Source: Haliotis rufescens (Eukaryota). From it: a DNA stretch of 64,000 nucleotides. Position numbers and translations under genes: made by a program. The notes beneath the pieces were generated by a model. That model was not told where the DNA came from and made no database searches. It saw only the letters and a list, made by a program, of their open reading frames with translations. This document shows, one piece after another, positions 48,741 through 62,200 of the stretch. The DNA is taken from the NCBI RefSeq assembly GCF_023055435.1, contig NW_025963779.1:70308001-70372000 (forward strand), in the 5' to 3' direction. Position 1 is the stretch's first letter; the number at the start of each line of letters is the position of its first letter.

Positions 48741-51700
48741 TATACTGATGGATCCAAGAATCCCATCAACAACAGTGCTGGTTACGGGATCCATATCCAT
48801 AACTCCAAACCCCAAGCACATTCGGTTCGCCAGCCAGATGGTCAGTCAGTATTCGCTGCTGAATTGGAGGCAATTTATCATGCACTCAAACTCATACCGG
48901 AACTACGACAAGGGCAGTCGTCCTATTAGACGCGCTAAGTGCACTTCATACCTATAGTGTTATCTTTTTATAATTGTATGCTAGTTTTAAATATTACTGT
49001 GATATTCTAGTTATTTTACATCGATGAAAGGTTTTCATTTAGTCTAATTATATGTATTCTTAATGTATAACTTCTCGTCACGATATGGCTGAAATATTGC
49101 CGATGTGACGTTAAATATTAACTCACTCACTCAAGCCATCCCCGTCAGGAACTCGAACTCTCTACACGAATATACAAGACTATCGGACCTGGGGAAACAG
49201 GTGGAGCTGTGCTGGATTTCGTCTCACATAGATATTCATGGAAATTAAAAAGCAGACACACTGGCGAAGCTAGCTCTAGGCAAAGCGAAGATACAGTCTA
49301 TTCCCTTGTGTAAAGTAGAGATAAAAAGCAAAAATCAAAGCCTCCATAGCCCAAAGATGGCAAGCCCAGTGGGACGCACGAAGATCGGCAGATGGCTATA
49401 CAAAATTCAACCAAAGATCAACCAAAAGCCATACTCATACTCAAATGAAAGGAAAGTTGAACTAGCCATCTCATGCCTCAGAATCGGACACAAAAAGCAC
49501 TATGACAAGGTATGCCCATCTTGCACTCAGCCTGAATCCATTGCTCATTTGTTACTGGAATCTCAAGACCATGCCCCAGCCCGGGGCATGTTTAACATGT
49601 TTAAACAAGAGATTGCAGTTAGATCCGCTATCTGTCGTCGAGTCAAAGGGGTGCAGGAGAAAATGACAAGTATATCTATTCTCTGACTAAGGGTCGTTTT
49701 AAGTTAGCGGTAATCTGAGGAAGTGTAAATAATGGTGAAAATTAACGCTGAAATTACTAGTATTGTAAACAATTGAATGAAATCTTGGTTAAAATTAATA
49801 TTATAGATTACAAACATAAGTTCAGATATACAATTGTAAACAGACAGTTTAATAAAAGCACAAACTTGTGTACTTCAGTATGATTTGTTGACATGCTATT
49901 TCCGGTGTTACGTGCTGGCGGTAACGTCATTGCGTTGGGAAATATCGAAACTCATAGTATGCTCGTCTATTATGCGTACCCCCTCTACACATTCTTTTTT
50001 TAAAATGTGCGGTCTATACGCAAGCAAATACGGTATTTAAGTGTTATCAGCGAACAATGAAAAAAAATAATCTTTTCTTTTCGAAATCGGTTCTGCGCAA
50101 CTGTAATACAAGAAAAATAATTTGCCCTAAATATGTATGTATGCTCTTGGGAGTGAGATAAATTATTCCACTGCCTGTTACCATGGTCATACTTTGCTAA
50201 GGTTCAAGGTTACTGACTGTTGCATGGTTGATATGCCACCATATCATTGTTTGTAGGAAAACATCTGTCCAGTGCCACTTTGGGTGTTCCTCCACATTAA
50301 GCGGCCGCATTGTGATATGTTGCTCCAATACTGATAAACCAAATTCACTCAATCCTTACTTAAAACAAGAACAGGTACTTTGACATTAAAATCTTTCGCA
50401 CACACGATACCTCTCTGCGTCAGGATTTGTGCTGGACGCACGAGGTGAACACGGGGCAAACTTTTACCACCCAGTCTTAACGAAGGATGTGTTTTTCAGC
50501 TAATCAGATGGTATCTTTAATTCTTTAACACCTCGATTCGGAATTTGATCTTACGGAAAGAAAACATGAATATACCCTACAAAACGTCTGTAAGTGGCGT
50601 TTAGAATTAGTATGATGAACAAGGGAGATGGTTCTATGGATTCAAAACTTCTTTATTACAATGATGCAACATTTGGCTCAAAACCTGTATATTCTTTTTG
50701 AATGGGTGGTCAAAGTTTTGTCAGATCTGATGGAGGCATCAAATAAGATTTTAAAGATCCGATTGCAAGGGCTCCTGAGCACTATTGTTGACGACCAAAT
50801 TTGATGGACAAACGATTGAAAACAAACCCTGCATGTGACTATTATGCTATATTATCATCTGCTACTTGCCCTGATGGTTACTGGTTTTGTTCCTCTAAAG
50901 TAATATATTGAGGAGTACTGGTGTATTTGTTGGAGGTATGATTTGGCCCCAGGGTAAACAGGTGAGGTGAAATGGGGTTTAACATCCTGTTCCAAGATAT
51001 TTAGCACTCATAATGCGAGTGTGTGTGCTTGTACTAGTCCGGACTAAGGACAGTTTTATGGTGTATGATGCCATGCTCTATCCACTAGACCACGGATGCG
51101 GTCAGCTTCAAAACAAGACACAGACAAGAGTTGGAGGTCAGCTGCTCAGTCATTTATTTCCATGAGTCTGGTGGCAGCTGAAGAGCTGAACAAATCCTGG
51201 TTCTACAATGTAGTCAGCACAAACAAGTTGGTCAATCTGTACATGCATCATGTTTAAACATTACAAAATATCATCTTGCCCACTTCATACATGTAATAAG
51301 TAATAATACCAAATGGCGCTCGCTCTCTCCACACCAGCTAGTTGGTAGTGCAATTTGTACAGGTCTGATGGTAGCATAGATGGGTGGCAGCTACCTGTGC
51401 AGCAGAGGATTAGTGGAAATAGCGCAACACTGAAACAGGATGACTCATGCAAACTTGTGTGAGTTGCATGAAAAATATACACATCCTGTTGGCATCATAT
51501 CATGTCATACATATCATCTAGTCTCCAGTCATACATTTTAAACTTTTTTCTTTTCAATATTTTTATCTTTTTATAATGTACACAAGACAACTAAAACGCG
51601 ACAATTTTTAAGACTTGTACCAATAAATTATAGTGGTACTCTGGTCATCACCTCAATACACTTGCATCAAAATATTGCAAAGCAGAAATTCTGAATAACG

Positions 51701-54700
51701 ACCTACAGTTTTAGATATTGTTATGATCATAAGAAAATGTGATATGGTGAAAAAACAAAACAGAGACAAATGTACCTGAACTTTGGCAATGTTAATAAGT
51801 AAGTTCATAGAAATCCTAAAGCAGACAAGTGGGGCATGTCAAATGTCGATGTCAATGAATGAAATTACACCATTTCTTCGAAATGATGTTGTAAATGTCT
51901 CAATGATTTGGCCATCACATATCCTTCATCCAACTTTATGATGTACACCATGATAAAGGTTAGATGAAAGTCAGGCTAAGCCATACGTTTTTTGGAAAAA
52001 GATGTACATGCCTTGCAACTATTTGTGAAATGCAAACGAGGCAACGCCGTGCAACATATAAACAGCAAAATGTATCACAATAAAATAGCTTACAGTTATC
52101 AGTAACGTTATGTACATGATTCTAGGTTAAAAAAAATGTTTTATTCTCCCAAACCCGGGCATTGAGAAATGATACATACACATTAAAACTCAAGTACATT
52201 ACCAGGGCAAGATAGGAGTGTGGTCACCCCATAGAAATACTTGAAACGAACGTGAACTGAGCCAGCGACAGAAGGCAATGATAAAATTGTACAAAGTAAA
52301 CAAAAGCTGATGCACGTAGCACCTAGCTTAACAAAAAATATGTTCCAGGCCAAACAAGCCCGCTATTTATCCAACTTAGTTAAGAGACAACATCTAGCAA
52401 CAAACAAAAAGAAAGAATAACGGCGACGAAAGCTTTCAACAGAAATCAGATGCACACATCTCTGTAAGCACATCTCATTCCAATGATAGAAGCTACAAGA
52501 TTCACAGAATTTGATTTGAAGTGTATAGGGCAGTCTTGATGAGGTACACCACTGCGACATGGCACATGTAGTTAGGCTTCCATTGCCTCTTCAGGAGGTG
52601 CACTCTGAATATAGCAGAAGATTGGGCACTACATCAAGTTCCATTAAAAACCAACTCTTCCTTTCATTCTGGTATGACCTGATTGACCAAACTCAATACA
52701 CCTTAAAAACTGACATTGTTTACTTACATGAGTAACTTATCGGAATAATTTTATCACAAACATGTTCTATTTGTCTGAAGGATAAAATGTATGTCATAAG
52801 AGAACACATACAGTAGATTTAAAAAGTAATTTTAGGATAACTGTTTCCAAGAAATGAAGTTGGGAGTATTTTGGTAAATTCACAGTCACTTTACTTGATA
52901 CAACAATTAAGATCTTTTTTGTCCTCTAAAAGTCCCATTGTGGCATTCAAGCTTTATGTACAAATGGGAATCCCCGGTAGCTCTGCAACTTCCTCTCCCA
53001 AAGAGAGCAAGCCCTATGTTCAGGCAGGCAATAGAAGTTGAGATCAGTCGTTACTGGGTGCTCATCCGTCCTGACTCTTTAACGCTAGCTAACAGCTAAG
53101 TGCCACAACCATCTACTTCAGGAGCGCCCAAACTGAACCTGATCATGCAGAATGGCTGACATAACACCGAAAGCTGCACAAGACTGAACATATGGCCCAT
53201 AATGACTGATGCTGTTATGTTTATGTGTGGAATATATACAAGCATAACAAATGAACTATGTACACACTGATCAAGCCCTCCACATAATACAGGCTGTGGG
53301 AAGCTATACATACATCAGGTCTGCCTTTGGTCAAACCAGGTTACTGTGTGGTATCTGGACCAGTCTGTCACCATCATATCACAATCACAGGGAGATAGGT
53401 AGGTGGCCCTTCATCTATATGGCAGTATTCAAGTACATTTACCCTCACAAATTGGCCTAATTTGGTCAAGTGTAGTCACAAGGGCTCCTATTGTCAAAAC
53501 CATCATAGCACGAGAACTGTCTAACTTCATATGCTTTAACTCAATCATAACCCAGCCATTAAGAAGGTTGCTTTGATAACAAAGCGCTTGGTAATGGTGC
53601 TTGCAAAAGAATAAATGAAAAATAATAACAATACAATTATTCAGTACTTTTTCTGGACTAAGATAAAAGGTCAATGTACTTGAATGCTTCAAGGGTTGGA
53701 ATTTTTTTAGTGTACGAGCACTTGATGTTAGTAGACAAAATTAACAAATTCTATATATATATATGTATAAACTCATACAGAAATGTATCAGATTTGTATA
53801 CTGCAAGAAGAAATTACTTTTAATTCCAACCCTTTCATTTCTCTGCCAAATATACACACCACAGTGCTTGTATCAGTTAACAACGTAACGGTAACTTTGT
53901 GTTCCTAACATATTCCTTGATAGCCCTCAAAATGTGTTAATAAAAACTGTACCAAGTGGACAAGGAAACAGCACAACAAAACAAATAAATGAGCATGTGA
54001 TTAGAAATTTCATGTTTCATAATATTTATCTTGTTGCTTAGGGACTGAAAATATTTACATCAGTTAGCAGAAACAGGACTTGATAAGAGAACTAGAAAAC
54101 ATCTGCCACTCCTGCAGTGTCATTATAACCATGCACTGACAATGTTCTCCTCGCATGTAAAAGAACACAATTTGTAATGTACAAAGTATCACATACTTTT
54201 GATCATGGTTAAATCTCACAGATTGACAACTATCTTGGTAAAATGGTATTCTTACCAACCAAGGGTTCAATTTAGATATAAATACTGTGAATCACAAAAT
54301 TCTGTTTGTTCTGAGGTGATAGGATAGAATTAATACAAGCATTGAAACCCTTTTAATCCAGACACCTCTTTCGTATTTGTTGGAATTAACAAATTGCAAG
54401 AATATTTGTGAGCTGGTGAGATGTGAATATCATGCTTATCTTTTACCCAAGGAAACTTGTTAATCATAGACTACAAGTGAGTGTTAAAAGATTAGTTAGT
54501 GAAATATGGTTTCCTCAAGGATACGGATTGACATCAAACAAGAGGACAGATGTGGTTTTGGCCACAAGGACTGTCTGTTTAGTGTTGATTTCACAGTCAA
54601 GATTGTCAAGCAAAATGATGCTATGTTGGTTCCAATACCAAAGCATTGGACTCGGGAGTTCAAAGAGCCGTCAAGATATGTGTTATTTTGTTCTAGTTGG

Positions 54701-56207
54701 TTTACATTGAAACTGATATTTACCTTACTGTTCTACTGTCCTTGTTGACAACTCTTTTGTATAATTTGTTGTCGTTGCTATATGGCTGAGATAGTGACAA
54801 TGCAACATTAAATCTGAACGCACTCTCTCCTGGAGTCTGGGGTACTGGATTACTAAGTCAAATAACAGTATATGATCACAACTCCTGCTCAATTTGACAC
54901 AGAAGGCTGGATTTCCAGACTAAAAGGATTGCATTGTAGTTTCATATGAATTACTGCATGATCTTTCATGACGACAAATATCTTTACTTAGATTAAAAGA
55001 CAATAAATGTTATCGCTGCAGTTGCATGGCTGCTTCAAGATAAGGATGTGGACTTTAACTTGATTGTATATATAACTGAACCCTACTGTGCCTTCTATTT
55101 CAACAACTACAGCAAGTTACCAACACACATGTATGCATCTATGTCACTGTAACACAGCTAAAAGAGGATATTCACACTTCACAGTCAACACTTCAGATCA
55201 GTGAAATGTTTTCCAGAATGCTTTGAAAATACTCTTCGCGAAAAAAGTTGAAAATCTCGGTCTCTTAAATCAAGCAGGTGGGCATGCAAGCAACTAATGT
55301 GCAAAAGTCGTACTGTAACCCTCATATACTATCATTTTTACAATTTGTTAATGCCCTTTCAGATAAAGGGTTAATTTATGGCACTAAGTCAAACAAGGAG
55401 TAACTATCCACTGCAGTAGCACACATCTCCATACCTCTTGTTGCAACTGGGGTAACTAGACAGGACAAACCATATGCATCAAAATTAAACAACGAAAGAA
55501 AAGCTTACAGAATCTCTGAAAATGGCAAAATACACAACTATCACTCTTCGTCTTTCCTAAATTCATGGGCGAAAAGACTAGATAAATAATGCATAGGGAT
55601 AAACAATGACAGACTGAAGATCAACTGATACTGCATAGGACGGCTCCTATGACAATCACTTCACAATGAGCAGTACATGGTCTTTCGCACAGTCACTTAC
55701 CACATACATTAAAACCAAATCTGATCACTACATCCACACAACTATTATCAAAATTCAATACAATGTTGACAGATGAAAATAGCTTTGATGGTCAAGACCA
55801 ATCATCAGGGTTATCCCTAAAATGCCAACTAGACGGACAACAGTTTTAATCATCTCAAATTAAAAGAACATTCACCAGTATTTTGCCTATTTCAGAAAAA
55901 GAGTAAGCAGTTGGCAGTCGAAACAGATACATATTCTTTTCCAAGCACTTTTACTTTGCCACAAAGTCTTATCACATGTGTATATCTCCCAGAAGTCCCT
56001 GCAACACTCAGCAGTCCAGAAGATTCCTAACCCCTGGGAAGGGTGCTACAAGAAAGTCTGATTGACATAGCCCCTTCCCAGTGCTGTGTGGTAGACAGGG
56101 CTGCGTTTCTGCAGCTCTGGGGTGCTAGTATCCCGAGACTCGGTGTAGGAATCTTCTTCCCTTGACTTGAGTGGCACAGTATCCCTGGTTCGGCCAAAGG
56201 CAAGCAG

Positions 56208-56265
56208 TCATTTCTGGCGCTTGGGTTTCCCCCGTTTCCGCCTGCGATGGAAACAGCTGCAGCAC
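56208..56265 (-). CDS. CSNK1G: CK1-gamma terminal exon B ([19 protein letters not shown])
   Basis: caccacag| acceptor, phase 2; second Cys plus polybasic tail. Confidence 0.75.
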
Positions 56266-59200
56266 CTGTGGTGTCAGAAAGCACACATGACTTCCGGTGC
56301 TACAGACTGACTTGACGGACCGGCTGACTGACTGACCAATCAACAGTCACTCCACTCCTCCTTTCACCAAGCCATGGCCTCAATGTTTGTGTATGATAAC
56401 AGGGCAACGAAGAAAGTGACAGGTTAACGATTAATAGAAACTGCAGTGAGACAGGATTAGGCTAGGAGCTTGAAGTACAGACAGACAGGTGGGCAGGCAA
56501 ATGGAGGGGCAGGAGGGCAATGGTTGGGTGGGTTGGGCAGGCTCAGTATGGCTACAGATAAAGTAGAGTACGTAAGGACATAGCATAGTTCCCCCCGAGA
56601 TCCTGGGTTACGACTGTCGGCCTTTCTTTTTCTTGCGTCGTCTGAAGAAACAGCACCTGCAAGCAGAGAACACCAGAGTCCAAGCCAACTGTGCATGAAG
56701 CGGTCATCATTTTCACGGCCACCGCATGCATTCAGTTTCATTTTCAAGTTGCACTTATAAAGGGTTAGCAACCAAAATGCAATTTTTTTAAGCAGTTTAA
56801 TACTCATAAAACGTAAGTAATAAAATTGAAGGTTTCCTGATAGTTATTATATTTCCACATGTGTTTCAAAGGTGTTTTCTTTTCATGTCAGAAATCAATA
56901 TATAAATAAGAAAACATCAAATGCTATTTAAAACAAAACAAAATGTAATAATCTCGTATGAGGCAGGGTAAAGGGATCAGTGTTGGATGTGCATATCTTT
57001 TAAATGGTTGGTTAGTGGCACAAATATTTACCTAAGCAGGTTTCGAGAAACAACAGAGAAGAAAACAAAACTATCTATATTGTCTTGACTTCCTTAACCA
57101 ACTTAACAGGTTTTGATAAACGGTACACTTTCAGCACTAAATCTACATATCTACCCAAGTGACAAGAATGCCGTTGGGTTGGCTTGGCTCGGCGATCTGT
57201 TCATGCTGTCGAGAGGCCAATGGCATGGACTTAGATTCTATACTCAAAATTACTGTCATCTATATTGGGTTGACAGGGTGAAGGAAGAGTGAAGGAGGGA
57301 CAAGGATGGAGGTCTTATAATGCAAATGACTTGAGAGAACATGATCATCAGGCAAGTTTACCATTTTACTTACAAATTACAAGTGGTAATCAAACATGAC
57401 ACTACTATAAAACAAACCATAAATCTCAACTGCGTGCACACAAGAAACAAAAGCAAATAGATTTCCACTGATAATTTTGTAACGTCCGTTCAAAAGTATT
57501 GAAAACTTATAGTTGTTGATGCAGACAAACAAGTTAAATTTAGAAAAGACAAAATGAACAGTATCAACATCAGTTGTTATTTTTTTGTCTTGCATTTCAG
57601 CTGAAGTTAAGAGTCTGGTGATATATGTGCCATGCTTTGAAAAAGGTGGCTGCTTGGGCACTGTCTAACGTGAGAGATAAGACAAGGATGTGCGAAGGAA
57701 CATACTTAGTTTCATCCACAACTTCCACCTCAGGCTGTGCTGTGATTGGTGTATTTGAGTGTCCAGCTGTTGGGTCATCAGGTCCCAAGTCGCCATTGGT
57801 TGAACTCATCACCTGCAAGGACATTACGGACTGTATAGGTCAGGCCAGACTCAGTGGTACATCCTGGAAACAAGCTCTGTAAGAGAACTGTTAGTTTGAC
57901 AAATACTTCTGTTAGAATACTCAGAGCTTCCCTTGACCTTATCTGTGTTAGAAACTTAAAAACACAATCTATGCTTCAACTTTACATAAAATAATTTAAG
58001 TCATAATTTTCCATATTATATGTTTAGCATTTCCTTGCTAAACATGTATCTCTTTGAGAAACACTAAGTCTACATTATTCACCTGGCTATGCAAGATAAT
58101 TCAGACTATACATATCCCTAAACAAGTGATGTAAGTTAACTGAGATAGCAGTCACTTTAGTACTCAAGACATCAATCAATCCTAAAAATTCACAATCGAA
58201 AATGAAGAATCATGTTCAACAGATATAAGGATATGTTTGATTGAGGCTGCATGCACAATAGCAACCACAAACGTACACAGTATGAAAGTAGATCACGACA
58301 CCAAGGACACACAAAATTTAGAATAACAAATACACAAGCTGACAACATACATTTCACAGCAACCAACCTAAATCTTATGTAGGTGACACGGTGAAACACA
58401 CACATCTCTTAGGTTGCTCACATCTACCCAAAGAACTTCCATGTAGGAAGAAATAGCACCTTCTGAGATTTGTTTCAGACCGAGAGGTCACTTTCATTGA
58501 ACACCCTAACTGTTGAAAACTTTGTGATGACACTATTAAAAAGCATATTTTGAAAACAAAATCCAACTGCATGAAAAACTAAAGAACATTTTGAATTCGA
58601 AATCCAAACATATATTATCACATACGTAACACTCTGGTTCTCAGCACTTGTATTCATGTAACATTTCCATTTTTGTAATCACATTTAAATCAGATATTTT
58701 TTAAATATTAACTTCCTGTAAAATCTAAATTTGCTGCATTGTTATCTTTGCAAATAAACATTTAAGAATATTCTTACAATCTTAGGATACTTGTATCTTT
58801 CATAGTCAAAGAAATCATATTACGCCAATAGCAGTGAAACCTTAGGTTTTAGAGCTGAACCAGTTGAAAATCCAAAGTGGGACAACCATTAACATATGAT
58901 TGGCACAGGCTGAACTAGAACTACATATAATGTCCTCATACGTCCTGTTCTCAAGGAAAGATTACCTTGCACATCATGACTACAGAAACACATGTAGGTA
59001 AGGTGGCATCAAACTACCACAAGGCTCACACAAGGCACAAGCTCACTCGTTACAAAGCATGAGCTAAACCTCAAAGCTTTGTAATGTAGTCTATGCAGCT
59101 AGAACAGGCCTAAGCACAAGTGTGTTCAAAGCACGCACACACACGCAGATCATGTGTGTCAACTACTGTTCATGTCTCATGTTTACTGGCAGAAGCAACA

Positions 59201-62200
59201 GGGATACTTGCTGGTATCCCAATACATATAAAACATGCAGTATGTCACTAAGCTAGTGCTGTACAATATCACACTGTAAAATGCATCATGCTAAAAAGAA
59301 ATATCAAGTGCATCATAAAACATTCTCCTAATTGTCCTCAAATGAGATTACTGCTTCAAAACCAAAAGATAAATAGTTGTGATCTATCTCTGAATACATT
59401 ACAAGAGCAGTCTGCGCCTTTAGCCACTAGTCAGAAGCCACTGTCTCGTAAAACATTGTTTTGTCAAGTAGGCTCAACTAATAACAGTCTACACAACACC
59501 ACTAAAATCTACTGAAAATGATGGTAAGAGCCATGTTTGGTAAAAGATTTTGACACAGACTGCAAGAATGGTGAAAGAATGTTATATCCTGAATGAGAAA
59601 GTTCAATTAACTCTGGATCACTGAAGAAGGCAAGCCCTTGTTGCATGCAATTTGGCTCAAGTGTGGATCTTCACTTTTCATACATTTTAATCCTATGCAA
59701 ACAGATAAGAAACAGCAACTCATGAATCACTAAATGATACAGAAACTAGTAGTAGAAACAAGCTCATGCCAAACAAAGTTACCAAATCAATGAAACGTAA
59801 CGAACGTATGTAAGTGTAAGAATGTTGAGCTTAGAATGTGAGTGTACTGAGCTCGTTCCTTGGGTTTCTTGCATTTTAAACAATTTCCAAAATATTTCCT
59901 GTTATCAGAAAGCCTGTCATCTTTAGGGAGACAAGATTCAATGGTTTGCTGCCCATTATCAGTGTAGGTCTAGATGTCAAGAAAATAATTAGGTTTATTA
60001 TCATTATATTTGTGATACATTTCTCTAGATCATAAACTAAAGTCAGAAGATGGGTAAAGTATTGTTTTAATGACCCAAACATAACATGCCAGGGCTGCTA
60101 ATTGACAAAAGCCTATTTTATTTCCCCTTATATTGTTCTTCAAATGTCACTTGACGACCATAACCCAGTACTAATGACCATTTTTGTGTTAGTTCAATTT
60201 TCTGCATACACATCTTTTCATATCTAAGATAAAGATTCTACAACTTGTTCTGGTCACGACACATGACTAATCAATAAATATCTAACAGAGTAAACTATAT
60301 ATGTAGTACCTTGTTAATGGTTAAAGAACATATACAAATAGTAAGAGTGTAAGACAAAGCAGAGGAGAGGCAGGGGGGGTTGTTAGGATCTTACCATGGT
60401 ACTATGACAAGGCTACACGACACAGGTGATCACTGTCACAGGTGATGTGTGGACAATTAGTCACGACTGTCACATGACGACAACAGTTATTGGCACAACA
60501 GTAAAATGCGGCTGAGGCAGAGAATCAGGGGCAGGCATCCACCTCGTGGGGAAAGCAGTTTGTTGCACGCACACTCAAAACATCTACAATTGGGGTTAAT
60601 CTTGCTACTTTTCAACATTTCATTCGAGGAATTTCAAAAAGGTGGGATTTTTCGTCTACTTCCTTCCATTTGCAAAAAGCAAATGATCAAACGAGCTTCA
60701 GAAAGAGTTCCTACCTGGACCGAGCCCCCATGTTTATCAGCGGCTAGGTTGGCACCCAGTAAATTATTGGCGTGCCTGGGTGGCTCACCCCATGCATGCC
60801 CCCTTTGATTTGAACTTGGCTGAAAGGCAAATTAGTCTGGTTAGAGGAGGATGCGTCTTGTACAGATGGGTACGGATGGAGGGATGGATGGGCAGGAGAA
60901 ATAACACCTGAAGACAGACTCAGGCTTCTGTCTCTACATCAGGGTCTGTCTTCAGTGTCAACGTTTTGCATATATATATATATATTCATATGGTGTGCAA
61001 TATTCTGGTGCTGCAGTGGTGATGGTATATATCAGATTAGAAATGAAAACCTTCATAACGCAGTGGTTAAAACAACTGCAAATGGACATAAAAGAAGAAA
61101 CAAACTTCAAATTGAACAGTTTTAAAGCATGCCCACATGCATGGTACAGCTGACTGAAAACAAGGATGTTTCCTAACAGAAAACCTGTTGTTTTTTTTTT
61201 TTCACCAAAGAAGAGTTGTAAATGATGAAATTAGAGGGTATATGACAATAAACTGATGGAGGAGGACACAACTGAATGACAAGGCATAAACTGATGTCTG
61301 AACATGCAGCAGGAGAAATGCAAAAGGAAGATCAGAACCAAATCAGGAGGATTAGAAAGGACTAAACAGCAGATAGGAAAAGAAGCAAACTCATAATCAA
61401 TATACAAGTCATGCATACAGTCACTTGAAGAGTCAACTCAAACAGATGAATGGAAACCTCAAAATATAAATAGATATGTTCAAAATAACATTGTCGGTGT
61501 GCAGTGTTATTCAACAGATCCTGATCTGTGATCCATAAAATGGAACATAAAGGACTCACAAGTGACTGGAAGCTTTGATTATCTCCCCTTGACTAAGCAT
61601 ATCAAACTAAGAGCTTGACTATACATATCAAGCAGGAACTTTTAGTCCAAGGGAGACATTCAATGCAGGATAATCTAAGACAATGTGAGCTCAGAAATAC
61701 CATACTACACACTTGTGGCTAATTTGGACCCAACAAGCAGACATTAGCTTCACAATCGTCTAACCTAAAAAAGAAACCGCCATTCGACAAGGGGGGGGTG
61801 CATGGATTGGCTGCATTGCTGGGAAGGTGCATTGGTATTGATATCTGACAACCATCTAAATGCAACCTTGGTGATGATTCTAGCACAGTGGTTTGTCGGT
61901 CTTTCACACAATGCAGGTGTCTATCATGCCAGGTCATTCACCCGTCATGTCCACAAAAGACAAAACAAGGATTGTCCTGGCTCTAAAAGGGGAAGTCTCA
62001 TTTGGAGACTCAGCATGGAGTGCAGTGAAAGATACCATCTAAGTTGCCCTAACTTGGGCTACTTGACAAGAATATGGACTGCACTTGTCAATCTCTCTAA
62101 GCGAAAACATGTCTTCACTTACACATTTCTATCTCTAACAACAGCAGTTCAACATGGCATCATAAACAATCATGTAGATCCTTCACAGAAAATAAAATAC

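Larger units (their letters stand above)
46590..49690 (+). mobile_element. RNase H-containing non-LTR retrotransposon (I-group-like LINE) ORF2 remnant, interrupted by insertions
   Basis: RT QGSIISPTLFNIMI..PDDGAIW, KFLKMILDQHLTW; RNase H IYTDGSK...SVFAAELEAI, SHIDIHGN*KADTLAK; C-terminal CLRIGH..CPSC..PESIAHLL. Confidence 0.85.

Noticed and set aside
60820-60907. Upstream alternative acceptor (ttcag|gtgtta at 60907) extending a CK1-gamma exon
   Set aside because: The 88-nt extension would frameshift, and nothing else supports it.
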